DNA of 64,000 nucleotides, from positions 468,846 through 532,845 of the forward strand of contig OY762213.1 in the NCBI GenBank assembly GCA_963665385.1, read 5' to 3'. The notes under the pieces are model-generated. The model ran no database searches, was not told the DNA's origin, and worked only from the letters and a program-made list of their open reading frames with translations. A program made the translations under genes and the position numbers. Of the stretch, positions 17,605-26,653 are shown piece after piece. Source of the DNA: Dehalococcoidia bacterium. Lineage in GTDB: Bacteria; Chloroflexota; Dehalococcoidia; UBA6926. Each line of letters starts with the position of its first letter. Position 1 is the stretch's first letter.

Positions 17605-17719
17605 GAACCTCCTCCCCCTTGATGGGGGAGGGCCGAAAGAATATTCCTCCCCCCTGGTGAGGGAGGGACCAAAGAGCATTCCTCCCCCTTGATGGGGGAG
17701 GGTTAGGGTGGGGGTGAAG
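17605..17719. repeat. Family-B hairpin repeat, three tandem roughly 35-bp units
   Basis: CCTCCCCCTTGATGGGGGAGG, CCTCCCCCCTGGTGAGGGAGGG and CCTCCCCCTTGATGGGGGAGGGTTAGGGTGGGGGTGAAG. Single related copies lie at 32538, 51084 and 59683. Confidence 0.8.
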
Positions 17720-17747
17720 AGCTCCCCCCCTCTGCTACCCTTAACCC

Positions 17748-18695
17748 ATGGAAGACCTCGTCACCCGCCTACTCGACGGCAACCTCAACGCCGCCCCGCG
17801 CATCCTCACCCTCCTCGAAAAGGGCGACCCCCAGGCCGATGACATCATGCAGCGCATCGCACCTAACACCACTGGCGCCCACCGCATCGGAATCACAGGC
17901 CCCCCCGGCGCAGGCAAAAGCACCCTCGTTGAAGCCATGACCGCCGAATTCCGCAAACGGGAACTCACCGTCGGCGTCCTCGTCGTCGATCCCTCAAGCC
18001 CCTTCACCGGCGGCGCGATCCTCGGAGACCGCGTCCGCATGAGAGACCACTTCCTGGACCCCGGCGTCTTCATCCGCAGCATGGCCACACGCGGCGCATC
18101 CGGCGGCCTCTCCGCCATCGCCCCCTCCGCAATGCGCGTCCTGGACGCCGCGGGCCTGGACGTCATCATCGTGGAGACTGCGGGCGTCGGCCAGACAGAG
18201 CTCGACATCATGCACACCGTCGACAGCGTCGTGGTTGTCGTGGTGCCGGGGGCGGGCGACGCGATTCAGACGATGAAGGCCGGGCTGCTGGAGATCGCCG
18301 ATGTCTTCGTCGTCAACAAAGCCGACCGCCCCGGCGCGAAGCGCATGGCCAACGACCTCGAGACCACCGTCCACCTGGGCAGCCGTGACATGGACTGGTG
18401 GACGATTCCCGTCCTCCAGACCGAGGGGATCCGCAACAAGGGCGTCACGGAGCTCGTAGAGGCCGTGGGACGGCATCACGAGACGCTGCGCGACGCAGGA
18501 CGCCTCGAAGCCCGCCGAGCCGACCAGAGACGCTCAGAATTTCACGCAGCCCTCAGAGAACGCCTCCTGGACCGCCTGACCCGCGCCGAACACTCGGACG
18601 CCCTCGCAGAGATCCTCCACCAGGTAGAAACCGGCCAACTCCCCCCAATAACCGCCGCCACTCAAGTCCTCCAAAACCCCAACCTACTCGCCTAA
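17748..18695 (+). CDS. meaB: Methylmalonyl-CoA mutase-associated G3E GTPase (MeaB/ArgK)
   Basis: GITGPPGAGKSTLVEAM P-loop, VLVVDPSSPFTGGAILGDRVRM and VVNKADR motifs. No mutase gene is adjacent. Confidence 0.85.
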   Translation: MEDLVTRLLDGNLNAAPRILTLLEKGDPQADDIMQRIAPNTTGAHRIGITGPPGAGKSTLVEAMTAEFRKRELTVGVLVVDPSSPFTGGAILGDRVRMRDHFLDPGVFIRSMATRGASGGLSAIAPSAMRVLDAAGLDVIIVETAGVGQTELDIMHTVDSVVVVVVPGAGDAIQTMKAGLLEIADVFVVNKADRPGAKRMANDLETTVHLGSRDMDWWTIPVLQTEGIRNKGVTELVEAVGRHHETLRDAGRLEARRADQRRSEFHAALRERLLDRLTRAEHSDALAEILHQVETGQLPPITAATQVLQNPNLLA

Positions 18696-19904
18696 CCCCG
18701 CCTCAACCCCCAAGAACCGCCCAATATCCCCAACCTCACCCCGCACCTCATCCCAAATAGACCCCAGCGCCCCCTCCATCCCCGGAAACGCCTCAACCGA
18801 GATCTCAAGCCGTTCGTCATTCCCGCGAAGGCGGGAACCTCTCAGCCGCGTCCACGACCACGTCGCCACCGCAAGCCCATCGATAGTCACGACGGGCCGG
18901 ATCATCCCCCCGCCCGCATTCACCCGGGACATATACTCCGGCGCAACCGCCAACCCCCGCCCCCGATACCCAAGCAAATAAGTATCAAAAAACCCCAACA
19001 ACCTCACAAGAGGCCCGTCATTCCCGCGCCCCTCGCTGTCATTCTGAGCGGAGCGCAGCGCAGTCGAAGAATCTAAAGCCTCATTGACCCAACCAACCCC
19101 CGTAACGCCGTCCACCACCCACATCCCCTCCCCCTCAACATCAACCTCCACCAACTCACCCGAGATCGCCCCAAACCCCGCCCGTGCGTCCCTGAGAGGC
19201 AGCCCCGACCACACAGCGAAGTCACGCTCCGTCGAGGGCCCAAACGCCCTGATATACCGACTCGCCAGCCGAGCGAGTGCCTCATCGCGCGAGAGCTCCG
19301 GCCGCTCGATCCCCGCCAGCCATGAATCCGCCGCCACAAAAGTCTCCGTCTTGCCGTCCAGCAGCGGCCCGTGCGCGATCACGCCCAAAAACCCCCCAGC
19401 CCGCACAACATGATGCAGAGCCTGGTTTGCAACAGGGATATCGTAAGTAGCCAGACGCTCCGCTAACTGCTGCCGTGGCAGCGGCCCCTCAGTACTAAGG
19501 ACATCGACCGAGTGCTTAAGCGCCTCGTCCAATGTCCTGTCATCAAGACCGAGTTGGTGTCGCCTTCCGCGTCCGGCTGAAAAGGAGGATGCTCCTAGCA
19601 GAGCAGTCATCCATCTGTGATCTTCTGCAGGAATCAAATGCAGCGTCCCACGCATCGCCCACGTCCGGACGATGGAGCGATCCTGTGAGAGTGCCCTATG
19701 AACATCGGACGCGAAGAGCCCGGAACTGCGAGCACGAACTTGCAACGGCGCAGTATTCATATCCTGCGCTTGTATACCGCCTGTGCCCCGCACGATGTCC
19801 AATACCGGATCCGCGCTAGTCTGTGGACTTATCGCCCCATCCAACCCCTGAGAGAGAACACGAATCCGCCGCGCCTCATCGGGAGTGAGGGTAAAGGCAG
19901 GCAT
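18684..19904 (-). CDS. Winged-helix DNA-binding protein, YcaQ/DUF1006-like, carrying in-frame repeat insertions
   Basis: MPAFTLTPDEARRIRVLSQGL, IVRTWAMRGTLHLIPAEDHRWM and VRLLGFFDTYLLGY. The ORF-track start at 20012 would overlap the upstream gene, so the internal ATG at 19904 is preferred. Confidence 0.6.
   Translation of the reverse strand: MPAFTLTPDEARRIRVLSQGLDGAISPQTSADPVLDIVRGTGGIQAQDMNTAPLQVRARSSGLFASDVHRALSQDRSIVRTWAMRGTLHLIPAEDHRWMTALLGASSFSAGRGRRHQLGLDDRTLDEALKHSVDVLSTEGPLPRQQLAERLATYDIPVANQALHHVVRAGGFLGVIAHGPLLDGKTETFVAADSWLAGIERPELSRDEALARLASRYIRAFGPSTERDFAVWSGLPLRDARAGFGAISGELVEVDVEGEGMWVVDGVTGVGWVNEALDSSTALRSAQNDSEGRGNDGPLVRLLGFFDTYLLGYRGRGLAVAPEYMSRVNAGGGMIRPVVTIDGLAVATWSWTRLRGSRLRGNDERLEISVEAFPGMEGALGSIWDEVRGEVGDIGRFLGVEAGLGE
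18816..18845. repeat. Family-A repeat inside the ycaQ-like CDS
   Basis: GTCATTCCCGCGAAGGCGGGAACCTCTCAG. On the coding strand it reads LRGSRLRGNDE. Confidence 0.75.
19018..19075. repeat. Family-A half copy plus a full variant copy inside the ycaQ-like CDS
   Basis: GTCATTCCCGCG then CCCCTCGCT then GTCATTCTGAGCGGAGCGCAGCGCAGTCGAAGAATC. It is translated as ALRSAQNDSEGRGNDG. Confidence 0.7.
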
Positions 19905-19951
19905 AACAACGGGGCTTTCAGTTGGCTTGTCAGGGAATGGGGCAATACCAC

Positions 19952-21178
19952 TCAGTCTGAAGACACAGGCGACAGCCCGAATTCCGCACGGATAGCATTC
20001 ACGAGTGGCCAAAAATCGTTTTCGTAGAATTCGCTGATGGCTTGTTCCACCTGGGAGATTACCTTGCCAAGATCGAACGTCGGTCCGAACACATGCTTGC
20101 TATAGATTGCATGCCAGCCTGACCCAAGGCGGTTGCCTCTATGGAAAGGCGCCCCCTGTTTCTCTGCCAATGTGAACAGACGCTCACGTGTTTCCTGAGG
20201 CCCGGGGCCTATCCAGAGATGGAATGTCATCCTGTCAGTGAATTTGAGCTCAAAGCGAACAATCCGATTCGATTCCGAGCCGGGCCAACTGCTACCTAAA
20301 TTGAGCTCGGAAATGTCATCCAGATATGGAGTGAAGAACCTGCGCTCCCGTCCAGTGTTTGATTTCGATTCCCATTGTAAGTCGAGCGCGTACAACTGCA
20401 TCACCGATTCAATGCTGTCCCAGTCAATGGGCGGCGACTTTCTCGCGTCAAGGATGAGATCCATCGCTTCTCGATGGTTGTTGTATATCTGATAGGCCAG
20501 TTCTTGAATGTTGTCGGTTGTGTCCAAGACATGCCTCCTCAGTGCGCTCACATACTGCTTCAGGAAACTGGCTACCTCTTGGCTAAGGGTTGAGCCGCGA
20601 GTATCCAACACCCTCTGAATAAGTTCGGCAACTTTCTGGTACCCGACCGGTACGTAGTGCGACTGATCCTTCTCCTCCTGCGGCTCAATCCCCTGCGGTG
20701 TTAAGAAAATTGGGAACGGCCGAAGCTCACGATACTCCTCTTCAACGGTCGCCAGATAGCGGCTGAGTTGTCCGGAACTCTCGCCACTAAGAATCTTGTT
20801 TTCGATGAGGCAGGCGAACCCATCCGCCGAGCCAAGAACGAGTACATCTATATTGTGGAGTTCTCGTTCAACGACCACATCCGTCAGTGCCCAGCTATCA
20901 ACGTCGAATGGTGTGGGGCAATCTATCCTGCTGGCCTGCGCCTCCCTCGCCGCCTCTGAGAGGAAGCGCCGGAGGAAGTAGTCTCCTAGCCTGTGGGAGC
21001 CGCGGGGATTGAGAAGCCACGCGAGGAAGTCTGAATGCTGGAGTTCCCGATGCGAAATGCCGAGCACATCAAAGAGGTTGAATTCGGCAAGTAGGTCTTC
21101 TAGCCGTTCCAAGTCGTCGTCGAGGATGAGGGCTTGCAGCGCCCCCTTCTCCCCGCCTCTGCCCTGCCTATTACTCAC
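19952..21178 (-). CDS. PD-(D/E)XK nuclease superfamily protein (PDDEXK_4-like)
   Basis: 408 aa. ELQHSDFLAWLLNPRGSHRLGDYFLRRFL, then ERELHNIDVLVL, then ACLIENKILSGESSGQLSRY, which is a D...E-x-K core layout. A sampled block is about 48 % GC. GTG start. Confidence 0.6.
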   Translation of the reverse strand: MSNRQGRGGEKGALQALILDDDLERLEDLLAEFNLFDVLGISHRELQHSDFLAWLLNPRGSHRLGDYFLRRFLSEAAREAQASRIDCPTPFDVDSWALTDVVVERELHNIDVLVLGSADGFACLIENKILSGESSGQLSRYLATVEEEYRELRPFPIFLTPQGIEPQEEKDQSHYVPVGYQKVAELIQRVLDTRGSTLSQEVASFLKQYVSALRRHVLDTTDNIQELAYQIYNNHREAMDLILDARKSPPIDWDSIESVMQLYALDLQWESKSNTGRERRFFTPYLDDISELNLGSSWPGSESNRIVRFELKFTDRMTFHLWIGPGPQETRERLFTLAEKQGAPFHRGNRLGSGWHAIYSKHVFGPTFDLGKVISQVEQAISEFYENDFWPLVNAIRAEFGLSPVSSD

Positions 21179-21209
21179 AGCTCGGGAGGGCCAAATTGCC
21201 TACGAACTC

Positions 21210-22643
21210 TTACCCGGCAGCCAGCTCCCCTTGGGTGACGTAGTAGTCCCGCAGGCGCCGGATGGCACGCGCCGCGTCCTGGAACGATGGGAACACCGCG
21301 ATACCGCGGTCCGCAACCTTGCCCCGGAAGTCCGCAAGCGCCGCCTCGTCCTGGTTCCACGTCGCAATGACGCCGAACGGCTTGTCAGTGGCCTCCTGAA
21401 AATCCTTGAACATGTCGATCAGGTCGTCCATGCCCTTGCCTTGCCGTTCCAGGCGCCGCGCGATAAAGCCGATACTCGCTTCAATGACGACGATGTCCGT
21501 ATTCGGATCCGCCGCCAACGTGTCCAACATTTCCCGCCCGCGCTCAATGCTTGTCAGCGAGCCGGAAACGTCCAGCGGATTTTTGTAGCTGCCACCAACG
21601 ACGGTGACGATGGGTTCCAGAATGTCGTAACTCTCCTGCGTCAGGTCCGGCACCGTCAGGCCTTCTCGCCCGAATGCGTCGGACACCAGCACGGATTGCC
21701 CGCCCGTCTGGGCCACAATCCCCATCCTGCTGCCTGTGAACGGCTTCATGAAGTGCAGAGCCTTGAAGGCATCCATCAGCTCGTCTTGCGTGTCAACGCG
21801 AATCGCGCCCGTCTGCCGTATCATTGCGTCCCACAACGCCATATCGGAGGCCAGGTGTCCTGTGTGAGACGCGGCGGCCCGAGCTCCCTCAGTCGTCTGC
21901 CCGCCCTTCCAGATAATCACCGGCTTGCGTGCCGCAACGTCCCGTAGCGCTTCGAAGAACTTGCGGCCGTCCCGGGTCCCCTCGACGTACATGCCGATGG
22001 ACTTGACCTCGGGGTCTTCGCCGAGGTACTCAAGCCAATCGCCCTGATCGACGGCGATGCTGTTGCCCATGCTGATGGACTTCAGCGGATACAAGCCGTT
22101 GATGCGCGCTCTCATTACGAAGCTTGTGGCGTGCGTGCCGGAGTTGGACATAAATCCGATGTCCCCCTCTTCGCCGATCCACTGATCCGCTGAGTTTCGA
22201 ATGCCCGCCTTGGAGTGATACAGGCACATGCAGTTCGGCCCGACGAGGTTGAAATTCGCCTCTCGCGTCATGTTTGTCAACGCTTCCTGCAGCTGGACGC
22301 CCTGCTCTTCGCCCGTCTCCGCGAAGCCGGACGTGAACAACGCCGCCGCTCCTGCCCCCGACTTGATTGCGTCCGCCACGATTCGTGGCGCCACAGGGCG
22401 CGGCACTGCGACAATCACATAGTCAACCTGGCCCGGCACGGCCTCAAGGCTCGGGTAATTCTCAAAGCCCATCTCGAGGATGCCCGGGATCTCGTTTTCA
22501 TCAATCTGAACGGATACAACCTTGGCCTTCGCGTCACGAACGCTCTTCAGCCACATATAGTCCGTGATCTTCTTGTCGCCGACAACGGCGATCAGCTCAG
22601 GGTTGAATGCCCTGTCCAGGTTGGCCTTGCGTGTTGCGTCCAT
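21210..22643 (-). CDS. ADP-forming acyl-CoA synthetase, alpha (CoA-binding/ligase-CoA) subunit
   Basis: NPELIAVVGDKK CoA-binding N-terminus, LVGPNCMC, FMSNSGTH, and AAASHTGHLAS (phosphohistidine loop). Confidence 0.75.
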   Translation of the reverse strand: MDATRKANLDRAFNPELIAVVGDKKITDYMWLKSVRDAKAKVVSVQIDENEIPGILEMGFENYPSLEAVPGQVDYVIVAVPRPVAPRIVADAIKSGAGAAALFTSGFAETGEEQGVQLQEALTNMTREANFNLVGPNCMCLYHSKAGIRNSADQWIGEEGDIGFMSNSGTHATSFVMRARINGLYPLKSISMGNSIAVDQGDWLEYLGEDPEVKSIGMYVEGTRDGRKFFEALRDVAARKPVIIWKGGQTTEGARAAASHTGHLASDMALWDAMIRQTGAIRVDTQDELMDAFKALHFMKPFTGSRMGIVAQTGGQSVLVSDAFGREGLTVPDLTQESYDILEPIVTVVGGSYKNPLDVSGSLTSIERGREMLDTLAADPNTDIVVIEASIGFIARRLERQGKGMDDLIDMFKDFQEATDKPFGVIATWNQDEAALADFRGKVADRGIAVFPSFQDAARAIRRLRDYYVTQGELAAG

Positions 22644-22684
22644 GGAGAATGCTCCTCAGTTTCTCTGCTCCGTTTATCGAAGCC

Positions 22685-23413
22685 TTAGCCGTCGTCCTCA
22701 GCAGTCAGCACAATGCGCGCATCAACTGCGATTGACCCGTCTGCATACGCCAGCACCGGATTGAGGTCCATCTCGGCAATATCCGGCGTCTCGCTCACGA
22801 ATGAGGACACCGTCTCGATCACTCCCTCCAGCGCGTTCAGATCGACAGCTCGAGTGGCCCGATAGCCCGTCAGCAGGGGATACCCCTTGATGTCGCGGAT
22901 GATGCCACTGGCGTCACGTTTCGTAAGGGGCGCGATGCGGAATGCCACGTCCTGCAGCACCTCAACCGCGATGCCACCCAGACCGAACATGATGACGGGC
23001 CCGAATTGGTGATCCCGTGTCATTCCGACGATGACTTCAACGCCTCCGCCGGGCGCCTGCGACTGCACGGTCACGCCGTCTATTGCCGCGTTCGGCTCCG
23101 CCGATTTGGCGCTCGCCACGATCTCCTCGAACGCGGCCCGCGCGGCGTCTGCATTTGCTATGCCAAGACGCACGCCGCCAACGTCGCTCTTGTGCGTGAT
23201 CTCACGCGAGGAAACCTTCATGACGACTGGAAATCCAACACCCTCAGCTGCTGAGGCGGCCTCAGCAGCGGATGAAGCCAGAGTTGGCATCGTTACGCCG
23301 ATGCCTTGCTCTTGGAGAATCGCCTTCGATTCCTCCTCCGTCAGGATGAGCCGTCCCTCGGCCCGCGCGCGAGCCGCCGTCTCACTGAAAAGTGCGGACG
23401 CTGACACTGTCAC
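22685..23413 (-). CDS. ADP-forming acyl-CoA synthetase, beta (ATP-grasp) subunit
   Basis: LTEEESKAILQEQGIGV, FPVVMKVSSREITHKSDVGGVRLGI. The ORF is open to 23491, but the GTG at 23413 after GGTGGGGG is the more plausible start. Confidence 0.7.
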   Translation of the reverse strand: MTVSASALFSETAARARAEGRLILTEEESKAILQEQGIGVTMPTLASSAAEAASAAEGVGFPVVMKVSSREITHKSDVGGVRLGIANADAARAAFEEIVASAKSAEPNAAIDGVTVQSQAPGGGVEVIVGMTRDHQFGPVIMFGLGGIAVEVLQDVAFRIAPLTKRDASGIIRDIKGYPLLTGYRATRAVDLNALEGVIETVSSFVSETPDIAEMDLNPVLAYADGSIAVDARIVLTAEDDG

Positions 23414-23547
23414 AAACACACCCCCACCAGGTACTCCCCTATTGCGCTTTAATGCGCCAAACGCCCCACGGCCATACAGGCCGCAACGCACTTGCTAGTG
23501 TATACGAATCGACGCCTAAACGCGCCAATTTCCGTGTCACAGGCGCC

Positions 23548-24498
23548 CTACAACCGCGACACACCCACCAGCGTCGCGTTTACAATGAAACGGTGTGAAT
23601 ACGTCGTTGCCGGCGCGCACGTTACCAACGACAATGTTGGCTTGTCCGAGTAATCGAAGACATCTACGTCCTCTGGCAAAACGACCGTCGTATCCGTGGC
23701 ACGGTACAGGAATACGTCCCCGCCCGCCGTGACATAAATGTCCACAATCTCGCCGCGCCGCAGAAGGGGCGCAATTTCATCCAGCCGCGCGAATATTGAT
23801 CCCTCACCAGCGAATGGTGAATTCACGTGACCGGACATGACCGAATTGCCGATCTCGCCCGGGGTTGCCGAACCGACGTGGAAACCCACAGCGCGGTCGG
23901 CAGTCTCCCACGCAGTTGTCTCACCATCCCAGACGATGTTGAGGTCCACAACATTCGATTCCAATTCGATAGCGGGAATGCGGATGTGCGCCGGCCGTGG
24001 CTGCTCGCCATACGTCTGAACGAGATCGTCTTCCGTGACTAACTTGTAATTGTCCCTAATCGGTCCCACGTACGCGCCATCGTCTGCCCTGGACACATAG
24101 TGACTGAAATCGCGGAGGATACCGTACTCGTCATAGAGTCCGCTTTCGTCCGCCTCGCCTGTCAGGGGGTTATCGCCGTCGGTACGTGACTCTGGTGTTT
24201 CCGTCGCCGGCGCCCTGCCGGTTCCGGAGACGGTTGCCGCCACCATTGGAGTTGACGTGGGTAGAGGAGCAACAGTGGGCTTCGGCGTTGGCAGACCGCG
24301 AGACAGATCCTCCTGAGTGATGCCAGTCTCGGCCTGCGTCACCCTCAATTCATCGAGATCTGCCTCTGAATACGCTCCCACGGAGAAATATCCGACCGAA
24401 AACAATACCAACAAGACTCCAATGGCTGCCACCAGGACACCCAGCACAAATAGAGGTCGAACGAAGATGAGCGCCCAGAGTCCGATGAATCGATCCAT
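23548..24498 (-). CDS. Sortase-family transpeptidase with an N-terminal membrane anchor
   Basis: TM helix LFVLGVLVAAIGVLLVLF, NSVMSGHVNSP, and the catalytic TLSLVTCAP (TLxTC) motif. Start at the ATG at 24498; a TTG at 24534 is the alternative. Confidence 0.7.
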   Translation of the reverse strand: MDRFIGLWALIFVRPLFVLGVLVAAIGVLLVLFSVGYFSVGAYSEADLDELRVTQAETGITQEDLSRGLPTPKPTVAPLPTSTPMVAATVSGTGRAPATETPESRTDGDNPLTGEADESGLYDEYGILRDFSHYVSRADDGAYVGPIRDNYKLVTEDDLVQTYGEQPRPAHIRIPAIELESNVVDLNIVWDGETTAWETADRAVGFHVGSATPGEIGNSVMSGHVNSPFAGEGSIFARLDEIAPLLRRGEIVDIYVTAGGDVFLYRATDTTVVLPEDVDVFDYSDKPTLSLVTCAPATTYSHRFIVNATLVGVSRL

Positions 24499-24514
24499 TG
24501 TGTGCTCTCTGCCT

Positions 24515-25174
24515 CTAGCCGAGTATTTCCGCAATCCTCTCGTCGAGGACCGCGCCGTTCACCACGCCCGCCCATCGTGTATGCACCGTGCCGTCCGGCT
24601 CGATGAAGAACGTCACCGGCAACCCGCCAACGCCATAGTCGATCGTTGCCTGCCCGTCCGGATCCGTCACCATCACGTAGCCGTCGCCGACAGGCACGTT
24701 GAACTCCTCGATGAAGGCGAGCGCATCTTCATTCGTATCCTGGATCGCCACCCCGATGAAGACGACTCCATCATCCGTGTATTGCTCATGGGCCTCCACA
24801 AGATGTGGCATCTCAACGCGACACGGTGCGCACCATGACGCCCAGAAATTTACGACAATCGGCGACCCCTCGAAATCGGAGAGGCTCACATCACCCGCGC
24901 CGTTCAGCTGCGACAGCGTGAACGATGGCGCTGCAATGCTCGTTCGCGTCGTCGTATCCATCGGCATCGTTTCACGCGTCAGCAGGCTGTACGCCAACAG
25001 CCCGATGAATGCCGCCATCACAATCACCGCCACGCTGACAACTACAATCCCTGGCCGCCGTTGCTCGAGCGCGACGTGGTCGAATCCCGGGACAGATGCC
25101 GCAGCATCCCCTTCACCGTCGGCTACAAAATCAGCGTCGTCTCGTGGGTCAAGATCATCATCGACCATAAGCAA
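24515..25174 (-). CDS. Membrane-anchored TlpA/ResA-like thiol-disulfide oxidoreductase
   Basis: TM segment followed by a thioredoxin fold with VVNFWASWCAPCRVEMPHL. Confidence 0.8.
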   Translation of the reverse strand: MLMVDDDLDPRDDADFVADGEGDAAASVPGFDHVALEQRRPGIVVVSVAVIVMAAFIGLLAYSLLTRETMPMDTTTRTSIAAPSFTLSQLNGAGDVSLSDFEGSPIVVNFWASWCAPCRVEMPHLVEAHEQYTDDGVVFIGVAIQDTNEDALAFIEEFNVPVGDGYVMVTDPDGQATIDYGVGGLPVTFFIEPDGTVHTRWAGVVNGAVLDERIAEILG

Positions 25175-25391
25175 TCCCCGCTCCTACAAGTATAACCTGC
25201 CCAATCTAGGCGGCTTCGTTGTTACTCCCAACACCCAAGCTGGAACGCGGAATGCCAACCAAAATCACAGCCTAAGGTAATCGCGAGCCTAAAAATCCTT
25301 TACCCCACTCCTGCGTGGTGCCACAATATGGCATCAATCGGGATAGTTAGGTTCTTCGCCTTACGCCCGACAAGGGAGGGGGCCGTTAGAG

Positions 25392-26609
25392 ATGTTCATG
25401 CCGCTTGAGGGTGTCCGCGTCATTGACCTGACACACTACACCTCCGGGCCGTACGGCACGCGCATACTTGCCGACTACGGAGCAGACGTCATCAAGATCG
25501 AAAGGCCGGGCGGAGGAGACCCCGCACGCCGTATCGGCCCTTTCTACCATGATGAGCCGGACCTTGAGAAGAGCGGTTTATTCCTGTTCCTCAACACTAA
25601 CAAGCGTTCAATTACCCTCGACTTCAAGACTGAGAAGGGCAAGCAGATAGTCAAGGAATTGGTCAAGGACGCCGATATCCTCATCGAGAACTTTCCGCCG
25701 GACGTTATGCCCTCCGCCGGCCTCGGCTACGAAGAGCTGAGCCAGATTAATCCCCGCCTTGTCATGACCTCCATCAGCAACTTCGGCAAGTCCGGCCCCT
25801 ACAAGGACTGGGTCGGGCTTGATCTCACTCTTTACGCCATGGGCGGCAACATGTGGGGCTCCGGTGATCCTGAACTGGAGCCGCTCAAGACTGCCGGACG
25901 CATGGCCAGCTTCCACGTCGGCTATGCAGCAGCTCTCGCCAGCGCCCTCGGCCTCACCAACGCCGAACTGAGGGGGCAGGGAGAGAACATCGACGTCAGC
26001 TACTTTGAGGTCACGCTCCAGTCCATCGACGGTCGCATGCAGAAACTGCTCGGCTATCAGTACAACAACCAGGTTCCGATGCGTGTGTCACCCGGAGCCA
26101 GCCTTGGCTTGGGCAGCGGCATCTATCCGTGTCTGGACGGCATGTTCATGACGACCGCCGGCGCTGCCCAGTTTCCCAACATGGCGCGGATGGTCGGCGC
26201 GGAGGACATCCTGACCCAGCCCGGCTGGGACACCGTCGCCGGCCGCTCCCGCCCGGAGGCCGCCGAAGAGTGGGAAGCAACCCTCATCCCGTGGATGCTG
26301 GAGCGCACCACCAAGGAAGTGCAGCGCGCCTGCATGGAGTACGGAGTGCTCGGCGGCCCTGTTAATACCATCGAAAACCTTATGAACGACGAAGACTTTG
26401 ACGCGCGCGGCTTCTGGCAGACCATCGACCACCCGGCCACCGGCCCGCTCACGTACCCGGGCTTCAACTCACGAATTCACTTCGAGGATGGTGAGCGGCC
26501 CGCCCGCCGGCGCGCCCCGTTGCTTGGCGAACACACCGTCGAGATTCTCAAGGAGATCGGAATCGAGGGCGAGGAGGTATCTCTCCTCCGCTCCGAAGGC
26601 GTCATCTAG
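25392..26609 (+). CDS. Family III CoA-transferase (CaiB/BaiF)
   Basis: LEGVRVIDLTHYTSGPYGTRILADYGADVIKIERPGGGDPAR; 405 aa; C-terminal LGEHTVEIL. Confidence 0.85.
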   Translation: MFMPLEGVRVIDLTHYTSGPYGTRILADYGADVIKIERPGGGDPARRIGPFYHDEPDLEKSGLFLFLNTNKRSITLDFKTEKGKQIVKELVKDADILIENFPPDVMPSAGLGYEELSQINPRLVMTSISNFGKSGPYKDWVGLDLTLYAMGGNMWGSGDPELEPLKTAGRMASFHVGYAAALASALGLTNAELRGQGENIDVSYFEVTLQSIDGRMQKLLGYQYNNQVPMRVSPGASLGLGSGIYPCLDGMFMTTAGAAQFPNMARMVGAEDILTQPGWDTVAGRSRPEAAEEWEATLIPWMLERTTKEVQRACMEYGVLGGPVNTIENLMNDEDFDARGFWQTIDHPATGPLTYPGFNSRIHFEDGERPARRRAPLLGEHTVEILKEIGIEGEEVSLLRSEGVI

Positions 26610-26653
26610 GCACATCTCCGTGCAATGACGCTGAGAGCTAAAGGAGCATCGCA

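Noticed and set aside
17605-17719. A possible CRISPR array, considered for both the triple hairpin repeat here and the 70-bp tandem repeat at 62201-62350
   Set aside because: The units abut directly with no unique spacers. There are only 2-3 copies, no cas genes are present, and the period and sequence are unlike CRISPR repeats.
21009-21947. 312-aa plus-strand ORF bridging the PD-(D/E)XK and acyl-CoA synthetase genes
   Set aside because: It is Arg/Ser/Pro-rich. It crosses an intergenic gap of two well-supported minus-strand genes, and no motif was recognised.
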